Of a stretch of DNA of 35,438 nucleotides, positions 18,499 through 28,794 are shown in pieces. Each line of letters opens with the position of its first letter. Position 1 is the first letter of the stretch. Below the pieces are notes generated by a model. The model ran no database searches, was not told where the DNA came from, and saw only the letters and a list, made by a program, of their open reading frames with translations. Position numbers and translations under genes: made by a program. Source of the DNA: Vulcanimicrobiota bacterium (GTDB lineage Bacteria; Vulcanimicrobiota; Vulcanimicrobiia; Vulcanimicrobiales; Vulcanimicrobiaceae); NCBI GenBank assembly GCA_963786105.1, contig CAWAXX010000022.1, forward strand, positions 1-35,438, written 5' to 3'.

Positions 18499-19647
18499 GT
18501 GAATCGCCAACTCGCCGGAACGCGCCTTGCGGTTCTGGCGTCGATCTCGTGGCCGGCGCCGCCGGCGGGCTATGGCCCGTGGGAGCAGGTCGCGTTCGAT
18601 ATCGCCGACGGCATGCGCCGGCGTGGCCTCGACGTCACCTTGTTTGCGACCGGAAATTCGCACTTCGACGGCAAGCTCGCGTCGGTGATTCCGGTCGGGC
18701 TCAACGAAGATCCGGCGCTGTCGGGGGACGTCTTCGGCGCGCTGCACGTCGGCGAGTTGTTTCGACGCGCGCGCGAGTTCGATTTGATTCATAACAACTT
18801 CGACTGGAAACCGCTGACGTACGCGCTCGGCTCGACGGCGCCGCCGCTGCTCACCACCGTCCACGGCTTTTCGTCGCCGAACATTCTGGCGGCCTACTAC
18901 GCCTGCGCGTGGCGCAGCTTCTTCTGCTCGATTTCCAACTCGGATCGCGATCCAGGCCTGGATTATCTTGCAACCACCTACAACGGCGTCGATCCGAAGG
19001 AGTTTACTTTCCAAGAAAAACCGGGCGAATATCTGGTTTTCCTCGGGCGATTTCATCCGGAGAAGGGCGCGCATCTGGCTATCGACATCGCCAAACGCGC
19101 CGGGGTTCGCTTGAAGATGGCAGCGATACCGCAAGACGAGGCGTATTTTCGCGAGCAGGTGCAGCCGCATATCGACGGCGACCGCGTGCAGTTTCTGGGG
19201 GCGGTCGAACGCGAGCAGCGCGACGAGCTGCTGTCGGGCGCGCTCGCGCTGGTTCACATGACCACGCGCCCCGAGCGGTTCGGCATGACGATGATCGAAG
19301 CGATGGCCTGCGGCACCCCGGTGCTGGGCGCGCGCATGGGCTCGATTCCCGAAATCGTCATCGACGGCGTGACGGGGTACCTGTGCGACGACGTCGACGA
19401 CGCGATCGCGAAGGTGCCGCTGCTCACCTCGCTCGATCGCCACGCGTGCCGTATCCACGTCGAAGCCGAGTTCACCGTCGAGCGCATGATCGACCGCTAC
19501 CTCGCGGCGTACGCAACAGCTCTCGACCTGGGCTTGCCGCCGAAACCGAGCGAAGAAAAACTCCGAGCGCGCGCCCACGACTGGTGGGACCGCCCGATGG
19601 CCTACACCGAAATCCCCCCAAAGCCGAAGAGTTTGAAATTCTCGTGA
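18499..19647 (+). CDS. glycosyltransferase family 4
   Basis: PPAGYGPWE, FLGRFHPEKG, ERFGMTMIEAMACGTPV. Confidence 0.9.
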   Translation: MNRQLAGTRLAVLASISWPAPPAGYGPWEQVAFDIADGMRRRGLDVTLFATGNSHFDGKLASVIPVGLNEDPALSGDVFGALHVGELFRRAREFDLIHNNFDWKPLTYALGSTAPPLLTTVHGFSSPNILAAYYACAWRSFFCSISNSDRDPGLDYLATTYNGVDPKEFTFQEKPGEYLVFLGRFHPEKGAHLAIDIAKRAGVRLKMAAIPQDEAYFREQVQPHIDGDRVQFLGAVEREQRDELLSGALALVHMTTRPERFGMTMIEAMACGTPVLGARMGSIPEIVIDGVTGYLCDDVDDAIAKVPLLTSLDRHACRIHVEAEFTVERMIDRYLAAYATALDLGLPPKPSEEKLRARAHDWWDRPMAYTEIPPKPKSLKFS

Positions 19648-19656
19648 GCGGAGGTT

Positions 19657-19698
19657 TGTCATCCTGAGCGGAGGCGCGAAGCGCCGCAGTCGAAGGAC
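19657..19698 (+). repeat. REP-like element, copy 6
   Basis: TGTCATCCTGAGCGGA-GGCGC-GAA-GCGCC-GCAGTCGAAGGAC; a TGAGCGGAGG remnant precedes it at 19645-19654. Confidence 0.88.
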
Positions 19699-20098
19699 GG
19701 AACGCGATTACGCGCACCGCTCGCTCTTCGACAAGCTCGGCGTCACCGCCGACGCCCGGGTTGCATTGATAGGCATCCACGACGACGCGTTCCTATCCGA
19801 ACTGAGCGTACGGCTCGCAAAGGCGGCCACCGCACGCCCGCGCGCCACCTACGATCTCGTCTTCGTCCGCGTCGATCGCCCTGCGGATCTCGCCCGTATC
19901 GCCTCGTCCGTGAAGTATCTCAAGCCCGACGGCGCGCTGTGGGTCTTTCATCCGAAAGGCCGCGGCGCGTCGCCCACCGACGCCGAGATCCGCGCCACCG
20001 GTCTCGCCGCCGGCTTGGTCGACAACAAAATCAGCGCCTACAACGACACGCACACCGCCACCCGCTACGTCATCCCAGTTAAGAATCGACCCAGCTGA
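19664..20098 (+). CDS. DUF3052-like protein
   Basis: The in-frame extension upstream of the tracked start reads RDYAHRSLFDKLGV; LKPDGALWVFHPKG and GLVDNK motifs; start uncertain (CTG 19664 inside the repeat). Confidence 0.7.
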   Translation: MSGGAKRRSRRTERDYAHRSLFDKLGVTADARVALIGIHDDAFLSELSVRLAKAATARPRATYDLVFVRVDRPADLARIASSVKYLKPDGALWVFHPKGRGASPTDAEIRATGLAAGLVDNKISAYNDTHTATRYVIPVKNRPS

Positions 20099-21228
20099 GC
20101 TTCTTCAGCGCTCTCCGCGCGCGTTCGATGGCGCGGTCGTCGATGGGGCCGTCGACGAGCATCGTGAAATGCCCCATTTTGCGCCGGGCGACGGCGTGGT
20201 GCTTGCCATACAGATGCAACTCGATCGACGGATCGCCCAGCAAGTCCGGAATGCCGGCGAGGTGATTGCCGCGCCCGTCGCCGAGGACGTTCATCATGAT
20301 CGCGTTGCTCAGCATCCGCGGGGGCGACAGCGGTAAGTCGCATATGGCGCGCACGTGCTGCTCGTACTGCGAACAGGGCGTTACGTCGATCGTAAAATGC
20401 CCGCTGTTATGCGGGCGCGGCGCAATCTCGTTGACCAACAGCTCGTCGCGCTCGGTGAGAAAGAACTCGACGCAGTAGGTTCCCACGATATTCAACCGCC
20501 GCCCGATCGTCGCGGCCATCGCTCTGCGCGCGCTCCGCCACCGCGTCCGCCACCCGCGCGGGCGCCAGCGTCATCGCCAGAATTCCGCCGTCGTGCTCGT
20601 TCTCGACGGCCGGATACGTGACGACGTCGTCGGACGCACTCCGCGTCGCTACCACGCTCAACTCGCGCGTAAACGGCACGAACCGCTCGAAAATCAACGG
20701 CGCGCCCTTGCCCGCCGCAAGCGCCGCTTCGGCTTCCTCAAGCGACGTCACGCGCCATTGCCCCTTGCCGTCGTATCCGCCGCGAACCGTTTTCAACACC
20801 GCCGGAAAGCCGACCGCTTTCGCCGCTCGCGCGAGATCGCCGGCGCTTTCGACAGACTCGAACTCCGCCGTCGGAATACCGCAGTCGCGAACGAAACGCT
20901 TCTCCAGAATCCGATCCTGCGTCACCCGCAGCACGCTGCTCGACGGACACACGCGATGCCCGAGCCCCTCGAGACGCTCGACCGACGCAATCGCGACGTT
21001 TTCAAATTCGTACGTCACCACGTCGGTACGCCGGCCCAGCTCCTCGATCGCCGCCATGTCGTCGTAGGCGGCGACGATCTGTTCGTCCGCGACCTGCCCC
21101 GTAGGCGATCGCTCTTGCGGATCCAGCGTGATGACGTCGTAACCCATGCGCTTGGCATCCAGCGCAAACATGCGGCCGAGCTGACCGCCGCCGATCACGC
21201 CGATGGTCTTGACGGGCGTCGCGCTCAC
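20079..21228 (-). CDS. purK: N5-carboxyaminoimidazole ribonucleotide synthase (one frameshift near 20522)
   Basis: [22 protein letters not shown] in one frame; [12 protein letters not shown] and RKMGH in the next; GTGA overlap with purE. Confidence 0.92.
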
Positions 21229-21719
21229 TCCGGCGTGCTGGATTTGGCGGCCGCGTGCATCTTCGCCACGTGCGCGGCCAACCGGTCCGCCAGCGCCGAA
21301 TCGCCGAGCGCGATGATGCGCGCCGCAAACAGCGCCGCGTTGACGGCGCCCCCGATGGCCATCGTGGCGACCGGGACGCCCGGCGGCATCTGCGCGATCG
21401 ACAGCAGCGAATCGACGCCGTGCAGCGCCTTCGACTGCACCGGTACGCCGATCACCGGAAGCAACGTCTTGGCGGCCGTCATGCCCGGCAGATGCGCGGC
21501 GCCGCCCGCACCCGCAATGATGACCGCGATACCGCGTTGCGGTGCCGACGCGGCGTACTCGAACATTTCGTCGGGCATCCGGTGCGCCGACACGACCCGC
21601 ATCTCGCAGGCAATCCCGAGCTCGGCCAGCGTCGCGCGCGCCGGCTCCATCGTTTCCCAATCGGAACGGCTGCCCATGATAATTCCGACCTTGGGTGGTT
21701 CGTTCGTCGCTTCGGCCAT
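21225..21719 (-). CDS. purE: N5-carboxyaminoimidazole ribonucleotide mutase
   Basis: [42 protein letters not shown] 21719. Confidence 0.95.
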   Translation of the reverse strand: MAEATNEPPKVGIIMGSRSDWETMEPARATLAELGIACEMRVVSAHRMPDEMFEYAASAPQRGIAVIIAGAGGAAHLPGMTAAKTLLPVIGVPVQSKALHGVDSLLSIAQMPPGVPVATMAIGGAVNAALFAARIIALGDSALADRLAAHVAKMHAAAKSSTPE

Positions 21720-21807
21720 CGTCGAGGCGCTTCGCGCCGCTCCCAAGCTTGTCATGCCGCAGGCCGTCGAGCAGAGCGGCCGCTCCTTAAGGTCGAAGAG
21801 AGCGTGC

Positions 21808-23046
21808 ATGGCGCGATTTCTTCTCGGCATCAACTACTGGCCACGAAGCAGCGCCATGTACATGTGGGAGCGCTTCGACCTCGGCGAGGTCCGCGAGGAC
21901 GCGGCGCGCATCAAAGACCTCGGGCTCGACGTCGTGCGCTTCTTCCTCTTGTGGGGAACCTTCCAGCCATCGGCGCAGCGGATGGACTCGACCGCGCTGG
22001 CGCGTTTCGAGCGCGTGATGGAGGCATTCCACAATTGCGGATTGCGCGCCATGCCGACGCTGTTCTGCGGTCACATGAGCGGCGTCAACTGGCTGCCGTC
22101 GTGGTCGCTCGATCCGCAAACGCCGCACGGCCGGTTTCGCACGATTTCCAACGGCAACGTTTCGCAGTTCGGCATCGGCGACTTCTACGCCGATCCGCAA
22201 TTGCTTGAAGCGCAAGTGACGTTTGCTGAAGTGGCGGGCGCGTGCCTGCGCGGTCATCCGGCGCTGTTTGCTTGGGATCTGGGGAACGAGTTTTCGAATC
22301 TGCGCGAACCGAAGACGCCGAACGATGCGGCGCAATGGAGCCTGCGCCTGACCGACGCCCTACGCGAATCGTCGGGCGGTAACGTCACCGGCGGCATGCA
22401 CGGCGAGGATCTGGAACGCGACCGCCACATCCGCCCGTCGAGCATCGCGCGCCCGTGGGATTTCGCGACGATGCACGGCTATTCGGTCTACAGCCCGTTC
22501 TCGCGCGGACGGCTCGACACCAACGTCGTGCCCTTTCTCTCGCAGCTCCAAGCGTCGTGCAGCGGCGAGCCGGTGTTGTTCAGCGAATTCGGCAATCCGA
22601 CGTGCCCGCTGGGAACCGTGTCGCCGTACGACCGCGTGCCGCTGCCCGGTGAAACGCTGCACCAAACGAGCGACGTTAACGTCGACGCCGCGCCCTACGC
22701 GTGTTTGGGCGAAGAGGAAATGGCGCAGTACGCGTACGGCGTCATCGAGCGCCTGCACGCGCGCGGCGCCCTCGGCGCCTTCTGGTGGTGCTGGGCCGAC
22801 TACGATCGCGAGCTCGCGCATTTGCCGCCATTCGATCTGGCGCCGCACGAACTCGGCTTCGGCATCGTGCGCTCCGATGGCACCTACAAACCGGTCGCGC
22901 GGACGCTCGCGCGGTTTGCGAGCGAAAAACGCGACGTCGTCGAGCCCCCGCCGGCGCCGATCGTGCGCGACGAAGCGGCGTATTACGCGTCGCTGCCGGC
23001 GGGCATTGCCGATCTCTACCGTTCCTACTGCAACGCCAATGCCTAA
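21808..23046 (+). CDS. glycoside hydrolase, clan GH-A (GH5-like), no signal peptide
   Basis: GINYWP, GHMSG, WDLGNE acid/base, SEFG nucleophile, WWC; ATG 21808. Confidence 0.85.
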   Translation: MARFLLGINYWPRSSAMYMWERFDLGEVREDAARIKDLGLDVVRFFLLWGTFQPSAQRMDSTALARFERVMEAFHNCGLRAMPTLFCGHMSGVNWLPSWSLDPQTPHGRFRTISNGNVSQFGIGDFYADPQLLEAQVTFAEVAGACLRGHPALFAWDLGNEFSNLREPKTPNDAAQWSLRLTDALRESSGGNVTGGMHGEDLERDRHIRPSSIARPWDFATMHGYSVYSPFSRGRLDTNVVPFLSQLQASCSGEPVLFSEFGNPTCPLGTVSPYDRVPLPGETLHQTSDVNVDAAPYACLGEEEMAQYAYGVIERLHARGALGAFWWCWADYDRELAHLPPFDLAPHELGFGIVRSDGTYKPVARTLARFASEKRDVVEPPPAPIVRDEAAYYASLPAGIADLYRSYCNANA

Positions 23047-24163
23047 CGCCGCGCGCGCGATGATCGTCACCGGCGCAAGCTCGGGCATCGGACGCGCGCT
23101 CGCCGTCGCCGCCGCGCGCAAAGGCTTTGCCGTGTTGCTGGCGGCGCGCCGCGCCGAGCGTCTCGACGAGGTTGCGCGCACGATTCGCGCGGGCGGCGGA
23201 TCGTGCGAAACGCTCGTCGTCGACGTCACGTCGCCCGATGCGCCGGAACGAATCGTCGCGGCGGCCATGCGCGCGTTCGGGCGGATCGATGTGGTCGTGA
23301 ACAACGCCGGCGCCGGCGTCCACGGAGATCTGCTCGCGCAAACCGATGCCGCCATCGAAGCGCAGTGGCAGCTCCACGTCGCAGCGCCGCTACGGATCGC
23401 GCGCGCTGCGTTGCCGCACGTCGAACGAGCGCGCGGACAGTTCGTCTTCGTAGGTTCGGGTTTGTCGCGCGTTCCGATGCCGGAATACGGCGCGTATGCG
23501 CTTGCAAAAGCCGCCATTCGTGTAGCCGCAACGCAGCTGCGCCGCGAGCTACGCGCGCGCGGCATCGCGGTCACCTACGTCGATCCCGGCGTCGTCGATA
23601 CGGAGTTTCACGGCGAAATGGGCGTCCGCCGCTCGTCGCGTATCAAAGCCGCCTCGCCGGAACGCGTCGCCGCGGCGATCCTGCGCGGAATTCGGCGCCG
23701 CAGCGCAACGGTCAACGCGGTGCCCTGGCAAACCGCCGGAACCGTCGCCATCGAATGGGCGGCCGCGTTGGCCGATCCGGTCCTTACGCGCATGCGTCCG
23801 CGGCGCCACGCTGAAAGCAAACCCGCGGTCGCCGCCGCCGCACCTGAACCGCCAAAACACGAGCCGCCCGCAATAGAACCGCCGGAACGGGACGAGCAGC
23901 CGCAACCGCCGACGACGTTTGGCGCCGCGCTGCAACCGGTTGCTCGCCGCATGGAGCGCGTGAAGCTGTCGCAGACGTTCGTTCGCGAGGCGCTCGTACC
24001 GGGGGCGACGCTCGAACTCAACGAGCTCGCGATGCGGTGGGCGGGAATGCCCAACAAAAACGAACGTGCGGCTCTGCACGACGTGCTCGACGCGCTCGCG
24101 AATGCGGGCTATCTGGAGCCAATGGGAGACGAAACATGGAACGTCGTCCGGCCGCCCAACTAG
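23039..24163 (+). CDS. SDR family oxidoreductase with a C-terminal extra domain
   Basis: TGASSGIG, NNAG, YALAK (YxxxK); Pro-rich linker then ~80 aa globular tail; overlaps GH5 stop. Confidence 0.85.
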   Translation: MPNAARAMIVTGASSGIGRALAVAAARKGFAVLLAARRAERLDEVARTIRAGGGSCETLVVDVTSPDAPERIVAAAMRAFGRIDVVVNNAGAGVHGDLLAQTDAAIEAQWQLHVAAPLRIARAALPHVERARGQFVFVGSGLSRVPMPEYGAYALAKAAIRVAATQLRRELRARGIAVTYVDPGVVDTEFHGEMGVRRSSRIKAASPERVAAAILRGIRRRSATVNAVPWQTAGTVAIEWAAALADPVLTRMRPRRHAESKPAVAAAAPEPPKHEPPAIEPPERDEQPQPPTTFGAALQPVARRMERVKLSQTFVREALVPGATLELNELAMRWAGMPNKNERAALHDVLDALANAGYLEPMGDETWNVVRPPN

Positions 24164-24190
24164 CCATCGAGCGGCCGATCCACAAAACGA

Positions 24191-24877
24191 TCACAAGGAT
24201 CGCAGCTGCGAACAACACTTTGTATACTTCTTCCCGCTTCCGCAGGGACAGGGAGCGTTGGGCAAGATCTTCGGCACTCGTTCCGGCATGTCGTCGGCGA
24301 AAACCACCTGCACTTCGGGCTGGTCGCGATACATTTCCCAAATGCGAACCGTCATGATGCCGACAGCACGACCGAGACCCTCTCGAAGTTCTCGATCGGC
24401 TAGCCATTCGCGCTTGTTAGGATCCTCCCAAAGCTGAATGATCGTGGCCAGCGGCTGCAAAAGATCCTTGCGATCGATGCCGTCGAGAAAACCTCTCCAA
24501 TCCTCGGGGCTTAACTCTAAGGCATCCGCAAAGCCGTGCGCCCAATCGGCCAGCAGCCCGCCACGCACATCGAGCCTGGCGAGTTCGAGGGTGACGTCGC
24601 CGAACTGCTCGCGCTGCTGCATTAGAACGTGGGCAACCTGGTTGTGTGCAGCCATCACGCGTTGAACGCGAGCGTTAAGCTCGTCGGGGCTGCCTAGGCC
24701 GGACGGAAGAAAGCGTTGCAGCCAGATTCCCGGGATCACCATCGGGCCGCCGACGATCGCCGCAAAGAAGCCTTTGGCGTACGCAGAGCCCGGATCGCGA
24801 ACCGGCGCGGGCGCTGGCCTTCGTCCGACGGTTTTCTTCTTGCCGCGGGAAGTGCCCGAACCGGATTTTTTGCGCAC
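24191..24877 (-). CDS. YecA/UPF0149-like protein with C-terminal SEC-C metal-binding motif
   Basis: GFFAAIVGGP, WAHGF, PNAPCPCGSGKKYTKCC; GTG 24877 inferred (tracked ATG 24958). Confidence 0.78.
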   Translation of the reverse strand: MRKKSGSGTSRGKKKTVGRRPAPAPVRDPGSAYAKGFFAAIVGGPMVIPGIWLQRFLPSGLGSPDELNARVQRVMAAHNQVAHVLMQQREQFGDVTLELARLDVRGGLLADWAHGFADALELSPEDWRGFLDGIDRKDLLQPLATIIQLWEDPNKREWLADRELREGLGRAVGIMTVRIWEMYRDQPEVQVVFADDMPERVPKILPNAPCPCGSGKKYTKCCSQLRSL

Positions 24878-24972
24878 GGAGCCGCATGCATTCAAGCTGA
24901 TGTACCGGCAAACATGCCGGCGCTGTACGGGAAGCACGGCGAAAGCTTCCGAAGGCATTCTAGTTGAATATT

Positions 24973-24993
24973 CGGTCCGGCGAAGTCGGACCG
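24973..24993 (+). promoter_or_regulatory. 9-bp hairpin immediately upstream of a strong RBS
   Basis: CGGTCCGGC-GAA-GTCGGACCG then AGGAGG at 24999-25004. Confidence 0.4.
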
Positions 24994-25008
24994 TTAAAAG
25001 GAGGAACC

Positions 25009-25872
25009 GTGGAAAGTCGTGCGCGCCGCCTCGTGAGCGGCATTCCGGTTATCGCATGTGCTGCGCTGGTTGCCGCTGGCGTCACGCTCGCGCGCGCGTC
25101 AGGCGAATCACCCATCCTGACCGGCACCTTTGCGCTGCTGGGCGGCACGGCGAAAATTGTTTCGACGCTCTTTCCGAAGATGAAAACCGCGCTCGCCGGA
25201 ACGCTCAACGTCACGCAGTACCAACTCGACGGCAAGACCGTCATTTTCAACTACGACGATGAGATGCAACGGACCATCCACCTGATCGTGATCCGCGACG
25301 ATTTCGCCACCTTCGCCCACCTGCATCCGGCGTTCGACACGACGACCGGCGCGTTCGTTCAAGAGTTCACCAAGCAGCCCAACCATCGCTACTTCGTCTA
25401 CGCCGATACGGCGCCGCACGGGATCGGCCAGCAAGTCTTTCGGTTCACCCTCGCGAGCGCCGGTGAGGCCGCGGCGGTGAAGGTTTCGTCGGCGCCGTCG
25501 GCGCCGAGCGCTTCCGCCGGCCCTTATACCGTGGTGCTCGAAAAGACGACGCTCGCCGCCAATACGCCGCAATCGCTCGACCTTACCGTCAACGAGAACG
25601 GGCAGCCCGCGCAGGATCTCGGAACCTACCTCGGCGCACCCGCGCACTGCGTCTTCGTCAACACGTCGTCGCTGGCATACGTCCACATTCATCCGATGGT
25701 CCGCAACGACACGCACGTTAAGGGGCCGATCCATATGAACATGACCGGCGCCGGGCCGCTGATGGAAATGCACCTTCCCGCGCTGCCGGCGGGCACCTAC
25801 AAACTCTGGATTCAGTTCCGCGGCGGCAGCTACAAGCTGTATACGGTTCCGTTCACGATAGCCGTGCAGTGA
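25009..25872 (+). CDS. exported putative heavy-metal-binding protein
   Basis: AGGAGG RBS plus GTG; signal peptide; duplicated H...HxHP motifs (HLIVIRDDFATFAHLHP, HCVFV...YVHIHP); Met/His loop; YKLWIQF. Confidence 0.75.
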   Translation: MESRARRLVSGIPVIACAALVAAGVTLARASGESPILTGTFALLGGTAKIVSTLFPKMKTALAGTLNVTQYQLDGKTVIFNYDDEMQRTIHLIVIRDDFATFAHLHPAFDTTTGAFVQEFTKQPNHRYFVYADTAPHGIGQQVFRFTLASAGEAAAVKVSSAPSAPSASAGPYTVVLEKTTLAANTPQSLDLTVNENGQPAQDLGTYLGAPAHCVFVNTSSLAYVHIHPMVRNDTHVKGPIHMNMTGAGPLMEMHLPALPAGTYKLWIQFRGGSYKLYTVPFTIAVQ

Positions 25873-26690
25873 GCCGGCGCGCGTATTTCGCGCCGATCGC
25901 CACGAAGAACAGGATCGTCGCCAGCAGCACGATGGTCGCGCCGCTCGACGCGCGCACGTAGTACGACAGGTAGAGTCCGCCGACGGTGCTCGCCGCGCCG
26001 AACACGGCGGCCAGCATCATCATCGGCGCAAACCGCGACGTGAGCTGATACGCGGCGGCCGCGGGCGTGACCAGCAGCGCGGCCACCAGGACGATGCCCA
26101 CCGCCTGCAGCGCGACGACGATCGTCAGCGCCAGCATCACCAGCAACGCATACTCGTAGCGTCGGCGCCGCGATGCCGCTGGCTTGCGCGACCACCGGAT
26201 CGAACGACGTGTAGAGCAGTCCGCGGAACATAACCACAACGGTCGCCGCGACCACCGCGCTGAGCGCTAGAATCAGCCACAAATCTTGCGGCTGCACCGC
26301 CAAGATGTCGCCGAAAAGAAAGCTCTGCAGGTCGACGGCGTAGCTGCGCTGTTGGCTCATGAGGTAGACGCCGAGCGCGAACATACCGGTAAACAGCACG
26401 CCGATGGTGGTGTCGAGCGAGATGCGGCCGCGCCGCGAGACAAAGCCGATGCCGAGCGCCGTCACCACCGCCACGATCGCCGCGCCGATGTAGAAGTTCG
26501 CTCCGCGCAGATACGCGATGACGATGCCGGCGAAGGACGCGTGCGCGATACCGTCGCCGATGAACGACAGCTTGCGCAGCACGACGTAGGTGCCCATCGT
26601 CGAGCAGAGCAGCCCGACCGCGAGCGCCGCGACGAAGGCGCGCTGCATGAACGCGTAGTGAAACGGCTCGATGAACGTGTCGAGGCTCAC
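25853..26690 (-). CDS. metal ABC transporter permease (ZnuB/MntB family; frameshift near 26160)
   Basis: FMQRAF, GDGIAHASF, FLFGDIL, SFDP, then VGIVLVAALLVTPAAAA and SGATIV in the next frame. Confidence 0.9.
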
Positions 26691-27502
26691 CGGCGCACCT
26701 CGGGATGCGTGGCGTGCGCCTCGTGGGCGTCATGGTCGGTGCGCAGATGGCCGTGCGTGTGCGTGTGCTCGCGAATGCCGGCATAGGCTCCCGACTCGAC
26801 GACCTCGACCGGATCGCCGATCGCCAGCACGCGGCGATCGAGCACCAGCAGCCGGTCGAACCATTCGTCGACGCGATCGAGATCGTGCGTCGTCATTACC
26901 ACCGGCATGCCGCCGGCGACGAGTTCGCGCACGAGTTCGCGCAGCGCTTCTTCGGTGGCGGCGTCGACGCCGGTGGTCGGCTCGTCGAGCAGCAGCAGCC
27001 GCGGCTCCTGCGCGATCGCACGCGCAACGAAGACGCGCTGCTGCTGCCCGCCGGACAGATGCGCGATGTGCCGTGCGGCCAGCGATTCCATGTTCACTGC
27101 GTCGAGCGCGCCCTGCACGACCGCGCGATCGTGCGCGCCGAAGGGGCGCCAAAACGGCAGCCGCGAGAATCGCCCCATCGCGACGACGTCCCACACCGTT
27201 GCCGGAAACGACCAATCGACGGCTTCGACTTGCGGCACGTAGGCGATCGAGCCGGGCGGCAGCCGCTGCGGCTGCGACGCGCCGAGCACGCATAACTCGC
27301 CGCCCGACGGCGTGAGTAGCCCTGCGAGCGTTTTGAGCAGCGTCGATTTTCCCGAGCCGTTCGGCCCGACGATGCCGAGCGCTTCGCCGAAGTGCACGGT
27401 CACCGTTGCGTCGGTCAATGCCGTAAAGTCGTCGTAGCGGACCACGAGATCGCGGGTGACGACCGCCTCGCCCGCTGCGCACGTAAGCGGCGACGCCGTC
27501 AC
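26687..27502 (-). CDS. metal ABC transporter ATP-binding protein with His-rich tail
   Basis: GPNGSGKST, YVPQ, LSGGQQQR, LLDEP, THD; C-terminal HTHTHGH...H. Confidence 0.92.
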   Translation of the reverse strand: MTASPLTCAAGEAVVTRDLVVRYDDFTALTDATVTVHFGEALGIVGPNGSGKSTLLKTLAGLLTPSGGELCVLGASQPQRLPPGSIAYVPQVEAVDWSFPATVWDVVAMGRFSRLPFWRPFGAHDRAVVQGALDAVNMESLAARHIAHLSGGQQQRVFVARAIAQEPRLLLLDEPTTGVDAATEEALRELVRELVAGGMPVVMTTHDLDRVDEWFDRLLVLDRRVLAIGDPVEVVESGAYAGIREHTHTHGHLRTDHDAHEAHATHPEVRR

Positions 27503-28391
27503 TTGAGCCCTTTGACGATGATGTCGGTGTCGTATTCGAGCATCGCGATGTAGTTGGCGACGCGCGGATCGGTGCCGATCGAATCGTCGTAGAGGTTCTC
27601 GACGACCTGGATGCCGGCGCCCTGAGCGATGGCATAGAGCAGCTTCGGGCTGTATTCCGGCTCGCTGAACACCGCGTGCACGCCGTGCTGCTTCGCGAGA
27701 TCGATGAGTAGCGCGATCTGCTGCGGATTCGGTTCCTGTCCGGGATTGCGCTCAACGAAGCCGAGCGTCGTGATGCCGAAGCGGTCGTTGTAGTACTGCC
27801 AGGCATTGTGAAAGACGATCATGTAGCGGCGTGACGGCGGAATCGTGTCGATCTTCGCTCGGATTCGGGCTTCGAGCTGGTCGAGCTGCACGTTGTAGCG
27901 ATCGGCATTGTTCTTAAAGACGGCAGCGTCTTTGGGGTCCAGCGCCGTCAAGCCGTCGCGAATTTTCAAGCACGTACTGCTTGGCGAACTGCGGGTCCAT
28001 CCAGAGGTGCGGGTTGTTGTTCTTGACCGGCAAGCCGTCGGAGGCCACGACCGTTTTGAGATTCGGCGAAGCGGCATTGCTCGAGCAGCCGCCCGAGCCA
28101 GCTTTCCAGTCCGGCGCCGTTTTCAACGAGCAGCTGCGCGCGCGAGACGGTCGCGACGTCTTGCGGTGTCGGCTGAAACGTCTCGGGGGACGCGCCGACC
28201 GGCACGATGTTGACGACGTGTACGCGGTCGCCGCCCACGCCGATCACGAACGAGTTGATCGTCGAGATGGTGGTGACGACTTCGAGTTTGCCGGTGTTTG
28301 CCGCATTGGTTTGGTCTTGTTTTCCACTACAGCCGGCGATGGTTAGCACGAAGGCGAGAGTGGCGATCGCGCCGAGCGTGCGTTGAATCAC
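27499..28391 (-). CDS. metal ABC substrate-binding lipoprotein (ZnuA/TroA/PsaA cluster A-I; frameshifts near 28082 and 27970)
   Basis: IAGC lipobox, ENGAGLE, NPHLWMDP, FHNAWQY, EPNPQ, DSIG spread across three frames; GTG 28391 overlaps the Fur stop. Confidence 0.88.
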
Positions 28392-28783
28392 GTGCGGCAT
28401 GCGCTGCATTTCCCGAAGAACTCCAGCGCGTGACCGTCGAGTTCGAAACCGTTACGTGTGCGCAGCGCTTCGGCGAACTCTTCCATTGCATCGCAATCGA
28501 CGTCTTCGACGCGGCCGCAGGTGCGGCAGATCGCGTGATGGTGGTGGCGCTCCGGCTCGCAGAGCATGTAGGCCGTCTCGCCGGCGGGGTCGGAGCGCGA
28601 GGTGACCTCGCCCTTGCTCTGCAGATAGTCCAACGTGCGGTAGACGGTCGAGAGCGAGACCTTGGCGTTCGCCGCGTCGAGGTCGTGATGGATCTCGGCG
28701 GCGGAGAGAAAGCGCCGCTCGCGGCCGAGGATGTTCGCGATCATTTCGCGGGGACGGGTGACGTAATCGGCGCGGATGCCCAC
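28388..28783 (-). CDS. Fur family transcriptional regulator (Zur-like)
   Basis: LSAAEIH, SLSTVYRTL, HHHHAICRTCG, FFGKCSAC; GTG 28783; heads the metal ABC operon. Confidence 0.9.
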   Translation of the reverse strand: MGIRADYVTRPREMIANILGRERRFLSAAEIHHDLDAANAKVSLSTVYRTLDYLQSKGEVTSRSDPAGETAYMLCEPERHHHHAICRTCGRVEDVDCDAMEEFAEALRTRNGFELDGHALEFFGKCSACRT

Positions 28784-28794
28784 GCCGGAGGCTA

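Noticed and set aside
20510..20530. Programmed frameshift in purK
   Set aside because: No slippery run at the site and not known for purK; consistent with the indel errors seen elsewhere
21749..21760. TTGTCATGCCGC as a further REP copy
   Set aside because: Matches only the first few bases; no inner hairpin or GAAGGA end follows
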